Shown here piece by piece: positions 33,913 through 40,614 of a DNA stretch of 43,132 bases. The translations under genes were made by a program, and so were the position numbers. This DNA is from a virus. The DNA is taken from the IMG/VR virus record IMGVR_UViG_3300045988_067234, positions 1 to 43,132 of that record; one strand, 5' to 3'. Position 1 is the first letter of the stretch, and each line of letters opens with the position of its first letter. The notes beneath the pieces are model-generated. The model did no database searches, was not told the origin of the DNA, and was given only the letters and a program-made list of their open reading frames with translations.

Positions 33913-34557
33913 TCAATAGGACAAGTCGGGGAAGCCATAAGAGTTTTGCTCGTGGATTCCCACTTCTTCAGAGTTAAGCGTGAGCTTATTTGCCCATACT
34001 GCAAGCGTCAGCGGAGTTTTGGGAGATGCGGTGATGTCTGCCGCGGCAGACCAGTATTCTGTACCATCACCGAATAAATAGCCGCGGTCGTCATTCCATA
34101 GGCCGCACCAGTTAGCCCCACTTCCCGCCGCGCAGTATATTTTGTAGCTTCCTTCCGGAATAGACAATTCGACCGTTTGACCTGAACGAACATAAAACGC
34201 GATGTCATCGGTTGGCGCGTCGCGGAAAGGATTCTTGTTGTCTTTGCTTTTGCGCTGGTCATTCTGGGATACATATTTGAAATATACTACATAATCATAC
34301 CCCTCGGACGCAGAAACACTTACGGAACAATTACTTTCGTATGACGCAGACCGGAAGACATGCCCATTCGCTTCGCGGGCTGCAACTGCCCTCTCGGGGC
34401 GCGGCGTCTGCACTCCGGCCGATGGAGATTCAACCGGCGGTAGAGTGGCAAGCTCAGCGCCATCTCGAAAAACTGCTTGCTTTAAATACGGCAGCGCAGT
34501 GAGAACAACTGCGACGACCGACAAAAAGAAAGTGATCATCGGCAAGGCTTTCTTCAT
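33913..34557 (-). CDS. Exported or signal-anchored protein of unknown function
   Basis: N-terminus MKKALPMITFFLSVVAVVLTAL, followed by a soluble domain of about 190 aa. Possible TATAAT (rc of 34586-34591) upstream. Confidence 0.55.
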   Translation of the reverse strand: MKKALPMITFFLSVVAVVLTALPYLKQAVFRDGAELATLPPVESPSAGVQTPRPERAVAAREANGHVFRSASYESNCSVSVSASEGYDYVVYFKYVSQNDQRKSKDNKNPFRDAPTDDIAFYVRSGQTVELSIPEGSYKIYCAAGSGANWCGLWNDDRGYLFGDGTEYWSAAADITASPKTPLTLAVWANKLTLNSEEVGIHEQNSYGFPDLSY

Positions 34558-34608
34558 CTCTCTAATCACCTTCTTTCATTCATAAATTATACATATTTTA
34601 ACACGAAT

Positions 34609-34631
34609 AACCGGTATATTCCATACCGGTT
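34609..34631. promoter_or_regulatory. Perfect 9-bp inverted repeat AACCGGTAT-N5-ATACCGGTT upstream of the exported-protein gene
   Basis: Seen directly. It could be a regulator binding site or a hairpin. Confidence 0.3.
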
Positions 34632-34702
34632 TTCCAGTTCTACGTTCTTTACAAATAAAATGCACCAAAATAATGCAAAATGACGATAAACGGGGGGAAA
34701 AC

Positions 34703-34813
34703 ATGGAGAACGAACGGGAAATACTGATTGCGGAGCTTGAAAAGCTGGCGGAGAAGTTGACATACGAACAGCTGAGGTCGGTGTACATCTTCACACTTCA
34801 AAAAACAAAATAA
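34703..34813 (+). CDS. Doubtful small ORF (36 aa, MENEREILIAELEKLAEKLTYEQLRSVYIFTLQKTK)
   Basis: GGGGGGAAAACATG initiation region; convergent with the repressor gene; ends at a shared hairpin. Confidence 0.25.
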   Translation: MENEREILIAELEKLAEKLTYEQLRSVYIFTLQKTK

Positions 34814-34817
34814 GCGG

Positions 34818-34858
34818 GAACAAGCCCGGTACGGAATCACTCCGTATCGGGCTTGTTC
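34818..34858. terminator. Bidirectional hairpin terminator overlapping the repressor stop codon
   Basis: 18-bp stem GAACAAGCCCGGTACGGA/TCCGTATCGGGCTTGTTC with one G-U pair. Confidence 0.55.
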
Positions 34859-35220
34859 AGTTTATCGGCGAGTCTTCGGAACACTGCGGAGAGCTCCTTC
34901 CACTCTTCGACAGTGGTCTCGGCCATAAATTCAATAAGCAGCTGCTCGATATCCGAGCGCTTGCCCTCGGAGAGCTGGCCGATGTACTCATCTATAACGT
35001 CGCGCCGCGACTTCTGCGGGAACGGCTGACCGGTGCCGGTACGCAGCCACACCTCATCTACGTTATATACTCGGCAGATTGCTGCAATCATCATGTCGGA
35101 GACGGCTGCGCGGCCATTTTCAACATTATTTATCATGTCTCGGCTCGCACCTAGCGGTTCACCGAACGCGGTTTGCGATAGTTTTTTTAATTTGCGGACT
35201 TGCTTGATTCTTCCGTTCAT
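34837..35220 (-). CDS. CI-like repressor (XRE-family HTH)
   Basis: IKQVRKLKKLSQTAFGEPLGASRDMINNVENGR HTH. Divergent from a consensus early promoter with operators. Confidence 0.8.
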   Translation of the reverse strand: MNGRIKQVRKLKKLSQTAFGEPLGASRDMINNVENGRAAVSDMMIAAICRVYNVDEVWLRTGTGQPFPQKSRRDVIDEYIGQLSEGKRSDIEQLLIEFMAETTVEEWKELSAVFRRLADKLNKPDTE

Positions 35221-35249
35221 TGCTACACCTCCCTTCGTGGCCTAGCATA

Positions 35250-35278
35250 AGAATAGCATATGTTTTTGAGTATGTCAA
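35250..35278 (-). promoter_or_regulatory. Candidate repressor-maintenance promoter (TTGACA-17-TATTCT on the minus strand)
   Basis: -35 is the rc of 35273-35278 and -10 the rc of 35250-35255. The -35 lies inside operator O1. Confidence 0.5.
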
Positions 35279-35283
35279 CTCAA
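35266..35283. promoter_or_regulatory. Operator O1 (TTGAGTATGTCAACTCAA)
   Basis: Imperfect palindrome TTGAGT-N6-ACTCAA, embedded in the longer inverted repeat TTTTTGAGT/ACTCAAAAA. Confidence 0.6.
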
Positions 35284-35306
35284 AAAACATAAAAAATATT
35301 TGCAAA

Positions 35307-35324
35307 ATGGGTTGACAAACTCAG
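35307..35324. promoter_or_regulatory. Operator O2 candidate (ATGGGTTGACAAACTCAG), overlapping the -35
   Basis: 11 of 15 conserved positions shared with O1 and O3. Confidence 0.4.
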
Positions 35325-35340
35325 AAATGCAAGTTATAAT
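35312..35340 (+). promoter_or_regulatory. Early rightward promoter, consensus sigma-70 type
   Basis: TTGACA (35312-35317), 17-nt spacer, TATAAT (35335-35340). Confidence 0.8.
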
Positions 35341-35356
35341 GAGTCCATCAACTCAA
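35339..35356. promoter_or_regulatory. Operator O3 (ATGAGTCCATCAACTCAA), overlapping the -10 and +1
   Basis: 14 of 18 positions identical to O1. Confidence 0.6.
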
Positions 35357-35449
35357 TAAGGCGAGCGCCAGTACACACGAGAGGGGAACACAAGTAAGCC
35401 GATGGGCGGCGGCTAAACCGGCCAGAAAGGATAGAGGGGGAAATAGAAA

Positions 35450-35695
35450 ATGTATAAACTTCCTACAAAAGAAGAGCGAGAAAGTACAGCGCTGGGGCGT
35501 TTCGAGCTGGTTTGCGAAGCATACATTAACGGAAACCAGCAGCAGAGGGAAATAATCTTGTCAATGCTGAATGAAAGCGAACGGGAAACGTTTTTAACCG
35601 GCTGCGGTCTTTATCATCTGTTCACAGACCATCGCTTCTATGATGAAGTGAAAAATGCTGTCGGCGTCCAACTTTATAACGAATTACACAAATAA
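35450..35695 (+). CDS. Hypothetical early protein
   Basis: GAGGGGGAAATAGAAAATG initiation region; first gene after the early promoter. Confidence 0.55.
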   Translation: MYKLPTKEERESTALGRFELVCEAYINGNQQQREIILSMLNESERETFLTGCGLYHLFTDHRFYDEVKNAVGVQLYNELHK

Positions 35696-35727
35696 ACTGA
35701 GCAATCAAGCACATGAGAGGAGAACAC

Positions 35728-36033
35728 ATGATGATCAAAAAGGAAGCTAATCTGAGCGAGCGCATCAAAATGGTAAAGGCGATGGAGTTTATCTGCCGGC
35801 AGATAAACGATGAGGACGTATTTGAGTGCTGGCTCGTGAACGGCGTCGCGGACGGCGACATTGAGTATGGCGACCTGAGCGTGAACACGACGGAGCCGGA
35901 CGCAACATGGTACGCAGAGAACGACGAACGGTTTGCCGACCTGATGGACACCTTCCTATGGTGCATGAAAAAGGCTTACAAGTCCGGTGGCTTGTACTGT
36001 GACAATGTTGTGAGTAAAGAGAAAGCAGACTGA
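35728..36033 (+). CDS. Hypothetical early protein
   Basis: ATG at 35728 follows GAGAGGAG. Confidence 0.55.
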   Translation: MMIKKEANLSERIKMVKAMEFICRQINDEDVFECWLVNGVADGDIEYGDLSVNTTEPDATWYAENDERFADLMDTFLWCMKKAYKSGGLYCDNVVSKEKAD

Positions 36034-36046
36034 AAGGAGAATGACG

Positions 36047-36274
36047 ATGCCAAACATAATAGAATCGACAATTGAAGTATTCAAGCCGAAAGCAGAAGCG
36101 GAAGCCTTGAAGCCTTGTCCCTTCTGTGGCGGAACAGAAATCGTATATGAACGCTATCTGCACATGGCCGGAGAACGGTACCGAGTATGGTGTACGGGCT
36201 GCACGGCGGGAGTTGACCCCGGATATGCACGGGACATCGGAACGGTGCAAAACATGTGGAATCGCAGAGTATAA
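36047..36274 (+). CDS. lar: Lar-family restriction alleviation protein
   Basis: CPFCGGTEI...WCTGC...VQNMWNRR pattern, typical of the Lar family. ATG at 36047 lies 7 nt after GGAG. Confidence 0.6.
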   Translation: MPNIIESTIEVFKPKAEAEALKPCPFCGGTEIVYERYLHMAGERYRVWCTGCTAGVDPGYARDIGTVQNMWNRRV

Positions 36275-36298
36275 GCCGAAACGGCCTGAAAAGGCCGT
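36275..36298 (-). terminator. Minus-strand terminator ending RNA unit A
   Basis: Stem ACGGCC/GGCCGT (36281-36298), followed on the minus strand by TTTCGGCTT. Confidence 0.45.
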
Positions 36299-36680
36299 AG
36301 AGACTGTGCGCATGGCGCGGTAGGGTGGGTGACAGAGAAAGCAAGCGGGGCTGTAACCTCCGCAGGCTTCCTCTGCACAGGCTCCCAATCGGCCGCAGGC
36401 GCTCAATACGGCTCAATTTACAGCCGTCCCGCGGGCGAATTGTGCGGGGTGGGCTGAGGGGCAGCGTCAACCAATGAGCGCATCCTGTTACAGCAGGGGC
36501 TTAGGCCGATTCCGTTCTTTCAGTGTGCGAGCTTCGCGGGCTTTAATCTCCCGCGAACTGAGAACGAGTCACCAGGAGCAACAGGAACGGCGACATGAAG
36601 GAAGCCACTAAGGTTTCCATACGCATCACCTCCTTTCGCTCCGGAGCAAGCCCATCCTATCACGCCATGCGCACAGAGTC
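36299..36680 (-). ncRNA. Structured RNA unit A (candidate; strand assigned from promoter and terminator signals)
   Basis: No credible long ORF. Nested helices: 36302-36329/36651-36680, 36387-36394/36504-36511, 36399-36405/36475-36481, 36533-36540/36550-36557. Homologous to unit B, with compensatory changes. Confidence 0.45.
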
Positions 36681-36682
36681 AA
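36654..36682 (-). promoter_or_regulatory. Candidate minus-strand promoter of unit A (TTGACT-17-TAGGAT)
   Basis: rc of 36677-36682 and 36654-36659, at a position homologous to the unit B promoter. It conflicts with the long closing helix, which includes it. Confidence 0.35.
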
Positions 36683-36708
36683 ACAAAAAACGGGGCTTAT
36701 GCGCCCCG
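36681..36708 (-). terminator. Minus-strand rho-independent terminator ending RNA unit B
   Basis: Stem CGGGGC/GCCCCG (36691-36708), followed on the minus strand by TTTTTTGTTT. Confidence 0.7.
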
Positions 36709-37103
36709 CCTTAATGCAGCCGAGGACGGTCACAAGCCCGTGAAAATGCAGAGTGAGGACAAGGACGCCGAGAGAAAACCGGTGCATCGTCCATACACCG
36801 GTTTCCTCTGCACTTAGCTCCCGACACAGCGCAGATGCTTCCCTACGCCAGAATTCAGCGCCGTTCCGATGCCTGCGAGAGGCGGTTGCGGAAGCGCAGG
36901 GGATGCGAGCCCGGGAAGCATCACTTGGAACGAACAAGTGCTTAGCTGTGTCTCAGTACTTCAACGCACGCGTCGCGCCCGGGGCGAGTACCGGGACGGT
37001 GTACTGAATCAAGGGAGCGCCGGAGAGGCAGCATGAAAGAACCTAAGAGGCTTTCCATGACAACACCCCCTTTCGACCGGCCGGTAAGATTACCGCGGCG
37101 TCC
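36709..37103 (-). ncRNA. Structured RNA unit B (candidate)
   Basis: Helices 36763-36770/37096-37103, 36779-36784/36796-36801, 36823-36830/36945-36952, 36834-36843/36913-36922. A promoter lies immediately upstream on the minus strand. Confidence 0.45.
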
Positions 37104-37105
37104 TT

Positions 37106-37134
37106 ATTCTACAAAAGATTTTAGGAAATGGCAA
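37106..37134 (-). promoter_or_regulatory. Minus-strand sigma-70-like promoter of unit B (TTGCCA-17-TAGAAT)
   Basis: rc of 37129-37134 and 37106-37111. The predicted start coincides with the 5' strand of the unit B closing helix. Confidence 0.55.
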
Positions 37135-37153
37135 GAAAAACGGAGGTGAAACA

Positions 37154-37300
37154 ATGAGCGAGCAGGAGAAAAAGGCGGCGAAGGAGCTGCTGGACGACCT
37201 GAAGAAGATCCCGGCGGACGGCGCGGATTATGTGCGCGGCTATCTGCGGGGCAGGCTGGACGGCCTGAAGAACCGCAAGGACAAGGAGGACGAGGAATGA
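37154..37300 (+). CDS. Hypothetical small charged protein (48 aa)
   Basis: ACGGAGGTGAAACAATG initiation region; ATGA overlap with the next gene. Confidence 0.45.
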   Translation: MSEQEKKAAKELLDDLKKIPADGADYVRGYLRGRLDGLKNRKDKEDEE

Positions 37301-37599
37301 ACGAAGACCGTGCATATAGAGAACAGGGCACCGCGGCGTACCTAAAACTGCGAATACCATTCGACTATTCGAACTTAAAGAAGGAAATCGCCAAGCAGTA
37401 CAAAACGCGAAGAGCCTTTGCACGGGCGATGGGGCTCCCTGAGAACTCGGTGTATCGGAAGTTGAACGGGAAAGCATACTGGAAGCAGCGAGAAATCGTG
37501 GCGGCAAGCATGTTGCTTGACATACCGTTTTATCTGATGCCGGCTTATTTCTTCAACGTGGATACGAAGTGCAAAAAGGAGGCACGACATGACCCTTGA
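37297..37599 (+). CDS. DUF739-like Cro-type regulator candidate
   Basis: FDYSNLKKEIAKQYKTRRAFARAMGLPENSVYRKLNGK...YFF pattern, typical of DUF739 phage HTH proteins. Confidence 0.55.
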   Translation: MNEDRAYREQGTAAYLKLRIPFDYSNLKKEIAKQYKTRRAFARAMGLPENSVYRKLNGKAYWKQREIVAASMLLDIPFYLMPAYFFNVDTKCKKEARHDP

Positions 37600-37810
37600 C
37601 GACATCGAGGCGATGACGGCGGCGACGATAAGCCCGGCACAGGCGGCAAGCGTGATCGGCTGCAACGAGCAGGCGCTGCGCATACAGGCGAGGGAGCGCC
37701 CAGAATGGTTAGGGTTCCCGGTTATCCGCATCAACAACCAGATAAAGATACCCCGCGAGGCGTTTTTGAGATACATGGGGCGGGGCGAGAGGGGGACTGA
37801 GCGATGCTGA
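37589..37810 (+). CDS. Excisionase-like / small HTH DNA-binding protein candidate
   Basis: ISPAQAASVIGCNEQALRIQARE...IKIPREAFLRYM resembles the excisionase-family HTH. Confidence 0.4.
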   Translation: MTLDDIEAMTAATISPAQAASVIGCNEQALRIQARERPEWLGFPVIRINNQIKIPREAFLRYMGRGERGTERC

Positions 37811-37995
37811 GCCCATGCGTCAACTGCGAGGAGCGGGAGGCGGGCTGCCACGGGCGCTGCGGCGCATACAAGGAATGGCGCGAGCGCTACGACGCGGCAA
37901 AGGCCGCGAGGCGGAAAGGCTCGCCGGCGGCGGCGTACCTCTCGGCGTGGAAGCGCAAGAAGAAGCTGCACGAGCAAAGACACAAGCGCAAATAA
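37804..37995 (+). CDS. Hypothetical Cys-rich basic protein
   Basis: Overlapping start; CVNCEEREAGCHGRC. Confidence 0.45.
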   Translation: MLSPCVNCEEREAGCHGRCGAYKEWRERYDAAKAARRKGSPAAAYLSAWKRKKKLHEQRHKRK

Positions 37996-38077
37996 AAAGC
38001 CGCCCACGGGCAGGAACCCCGTAAGGCGGCAAGGAAAACACATAACTATATCTTAGCACAGGAAGAAGGAAAATGCA

Positions 38078-38293
38078 ATGGCAGAATGTGAGCTGCGGAT
38101 GAGCAAATTCGCAAATCTCACTCAAAAATACCCGATGCACCGCGACGGGCGCAAGACGCTGTACTTCGTGGTTGAGCATCAGCCGGAACACACCCGCGCC
38201 GGGTACGAGGTAGAGCAGGGCGGCAAGACCGCACAGTTCGTCGACCTCGCGGATGCGGTGAAGTTCTTCAACGAGAGGAGGCGCAGAAAATGA
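38078..38293 (+). CDS. Hypothetical protein
   Basis: GAAGAAGGAAAATGCAATG initiation region. Confidence 0.5.
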   Translation: MAECELRMSKFANLTQKYPMHRDGRKTLYFVVEHQPEHTRAGYEVEQGGKTAQFVDLADAVKFFNERRRRK

Positions 38294-38460
38294 CGCCGAC
38301 AACGGCAGAGGTCGTTTTATGCGCGGTGCTGGGAATCCCGCTGGCGCTGGGGCTGCTGTGGGCGCTGTTTGTGGCGGCGCTGGCGGCTTACGACGACTAC
38401 CGCAAGGACTACAAGCGGAACCGGCTGCACCCTGAGCGCTACAACGGCTGGAACTACTGA
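38290..38460 (+). CDS. Small membrane protein (56 aa)
   Basis: ATGA overlap; TM helix VVLCAVLGIPLALGLLWALFVAALAA. Confidence 0.45.
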   Translation: MTPTTAEVVLCAVLGIPLALGLLWALFVAALAAYDDYRKDYKRNRLHPERYNGWNY

Positions 38461-38472
38461 GGAGGGATAAAC

Positions 38473-38580
38473 GTGTATCAGATACCGGACGACCCTATAA
38501 TCCGCTGCATGGAGGCGACTGGCTTCCCGCCCTGGATGCAGGGCGATGACTGCGACGAGGAGGACGAGGACGATGAATAA
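38473..38580 (+). CDS. Small acidic protein (35 aa)
   Basis: GTG follows GAGGAGGGATAAAC; overlaps the next start. Confidence 0.35.
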   Translation: MYQIPDDPIIRCMEATGFPPWMQGDDCDEEDEDDE

Positions 38581-39127
38581 CCTCAGACTCTGGCGAGAGA
38601 GCCGCGGACTCAAGCAGACGGAGCTTGCGGCGATGTTGAAGCCCATCGACGCAAGAATCGACAGCAGCATGATAAGCCGCTTTGAAAATGAGATGTGCCT
38701 GCCGACACCAAGCGTATCAAAGGCGCTTGCAAGCGCACTGAACGTGCCGGAGAGCTTTTTATTCGGCGGGACAGAGCAGCTTTACATCTCCGGCGTAGTC
38801 GACGGAGAAGCCCGCGCAGAGCCGGAGAGCATGGACGTGACAGACCTGATAGCCCATTTCCGCGAGGCGGGCAAGGGCGCGGCGATAAGCCGCCGGGCGC
38901 TGGCGAGCATGATGGACGTATCCGACAGGCATCTGCGGCGGATCATCGAGGAGGCGCGGAACTGCGGCTACCTCATAATCAACGACAGCGACGGCACGGG
39001 GTATTTCCTCGCGGCGTCCAGCGCCGAGATAGAGCGGCACTTCCGGCAGGAGAACGCGAGGGCGCTGAGTATATTAAAGCGGCTGAAGGCCGCAAGGACA
39101 AGGCTGAAGGAGGTAGGCGCGATATGA
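38573..39127 (+). CDS. XRE-family transcriptional regulator with a second winged-helix-like C-terminal domain
   Basis: LRLWRESRGLKQTELAAML HTH. ATG at 38573 sits in an ATGAATAA overlap. Confidence 0.6.
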   Translation: MNNLRLWRESRGLKQTELAAMLKPIDARIDSSMISRFENEMCLPTPSVSKALASALNVPESFLFGGTEQLYISGVVDGEARAEPESMDVTDLIAHFREAGKGAAISRRALASMMDVSDRHLRRIIEEARNCGYLIINDSDGTGYFLAASSAEIERHFRQENARALSILKRLKAARTRLKEVGAI

Positions 39128-39318
39128 ACGGCGTGGAGAAATACTCCGAGGCGACGGTGAGCATCTTTTTTGAGCCGGGGCATGAGGCCTGCGCCTATTG
39201 CCCGCTGCTTGAGACCTACGCACGGGCGCAGTGCCGGAAGACCGGCGAATACATAGTTGACACAAGATACACAGTCGGGCGCTGGTGCCCACTAAAATTC
39301 AAGGAGGAAAACACATAA
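39124..39318 (+). CDS. Hypothetical Cys-containing protein
   Basis: ATGA-type overlap; 64 aa. Confidence 0.45.
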   Translation: MNGVEKYSEATVSIFFEPGHEACAYCPLLETYARAQCRKTGEYIVDTRYTVGRWCPLKFKEENT

Positions 39319-39536
39319 TGGAAACAAAGACAAACGCCGAACTGCTGGGCGACACCGTGATGATCGTCCCCGCGGCAGTGTACACGGACTACGTAGAGCG
39401 GGCGGTGCGAGCCGAGACTCTGATAGACCACATGAACGAGAAGGTCAGCGACCTGACCATCAAGAACTGGCGGCTGCAGAAGGACTTGGACAATGCGCTG
39501 GCGAAGCTGGCGGAGCTTGAGGGGGCGGCAGAATGA
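39318..39536 (+). CDS. Hypothetical coiled-coil protein
   Basis: AAGGAGG RBS; TAATG overlap. Confidence 0.5.
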   Translation: METKTNAELLGDTVMIVPAAVYTDYVERAVRAETLIDHMNEKVSDLTIKNWRLQKDLDNALAKLAELEGAAE

Positions 39537-40204
39537 ACGAGACGGACAAGCTGAGATTTTACAACGCGACGGCGGAAGTCCCCCGCGAGGCAAAGAAGCC
39601 TATAACCGCCGGCAGACTCAAGGGCATGACGGACATCAACCCAATGTGGCGTATCAAGAAGCTGACGGAGCTTTTCGGACCCTGCGGCTTCGGGTGGTGG
39701 TACCGCATCACCGAACAGCAGATAGCCCGCGACGAGCACACCAAGCAGGCGGCGGCCTTTGTGAACATCGAGCTTTTCGTGCGGGACCCGGAGAGCGGCG
39801 AGGTATCACAGCCTATCCCCGGCACGGGCGGGGCGGCATTTGTAAGCGCCGAGACCAAGGGGCTCCACCTCGACGATGAGGCTTTTAAAAAAGCGACGAC
39901 GGACGCAATCAGCGTAGCGGCGAAGGCGCTGGGCGTCGGAGCGTCCGTGTATTGGGAGCGTGACCCGGACAAGTACTCTTCAGAGCCCGCCGCACCGAAG
40001 GAGAAGCCGAGAGCGCCGGAATACATATGCGAATGCTGCGGCAGCGTGATAGCGCCGTACAGGGACGGAGCGGGCAAGCCCGTGAATCTGGCCAAGCATG
40101 CGGAACGCAGCCTTGAGAAGTACGGCAAGCTGCTGTGCCTCGACTGCATAGCGGCGGAGGCGAGGACGCGGGAACTGAACAATGGGCAGAAACTGCCGTT
40201 TTAA
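39533..40204 (+). CDS. Rad52/Sak-type single-strand annealing protein with C-terminal zinc-ribbon
   Basis: TDINPMWRIKKLTELFGPCGFGW and KKATTDAISVAAKALGVGASVYW patterns. CECCG...CLDC. Adjacent to SSB. Confidence 0.55.
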   Translation: MNETDKLRFYNATAEVPREAKKPITAGRLKGMTDINPMWRIKKLTELFGPCGFGWWYRITEQQIARDEHTKQAAAFVNIELFVRDPESGEVSQPIPGTGGAAFVSAETKGLHLDDEAFKKATTDAISVAAKALGVGASVYWERDPDKYSSEPAAPKEKPRAPEYICECCGSVIAPYRDGAGKPVNLAKHAERSLEKYGKLLCLDCIAAEARTRELNNGQKLPF

Positions 40205-40218
40205 GGAGGAGGAAGAGA

Positions 40219-40602
40219 ATGCTTAATCACATAGTTATAATGGGGCGGCTGACCGCTGCCCCGGAGCTGCGATACACACAGCAGAACACGCCGGTAGCGT
40301 CGTTCACGCTGGCGGTCGACCGCGACTTCCAGAGCGGCGGCAGCGAGAAGCAGACGGACTTTATACCCTGCGTGGCGTGGCGAAAGACCGCCGAATTTGT
40401 CAGCAAGTACTTCACCAAGGGCAGCATGGCCGCCGTTTCCGGCCGCCTGCAGCTCCGCGACTGGACGGACAAGGACGGCAACAAGCGCCGCACGGCGGAG
40501 GTCGTGGCCGACAACATCTACTTCGGCGAGAGCAAGAAGCGCGACGCGAGCCCCGACGTTCCGTTCGAGGAGATACCCGACGATGGCGAGCTTCCGTTTT
40601 AA
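40219..40602 (+). CDS. ssb: Single-stranded DNA-binding protein
   Basis: MLNHIVIMGRLTAAPELRYT OB-fold start and an acidic DDGELPF tail. AAGGAGGAGG RBS. Confidence 0.9.
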   Translation: MLNHIVIMGRLTAAPELRYTQQNTPVASFTLAVDRDFQSGGSEKQTDFIPCVAWRKTAEFVSKYFTKGSMAAVSGRLQLRDWTDKDGNKRRTAEVVADNIYFGESKKRDASPDVPFEEIPDDGELPF

Positions 40603-40614
40603 GGAGGCTCCGCC

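Noticed and set aside
36302-36680. The 28-bp imperfect inverted repeats flanking unit A as terminal inverted repeats of a MITE-like element.
   Set aside because: Unit B has a closing helix at the equivalent position with an unrelated sequence. This pattern fits RNA structure covariation rather than shared transposon ends. No target-site duplication was seen. Not fully excluded.
37999-38030. Hairpin GCCGCC-ACGGG...CCCGT-GGCGGC after the 37804-37995 gene as a plus-strand terminator.
   Set aside because: No U-tract follows on the plus strand (the A-run precedes it), and no minus-strand gene lies upstream of it. It may only stabilise RNA or block antisense transcription. There is insufficient evidence to call it.
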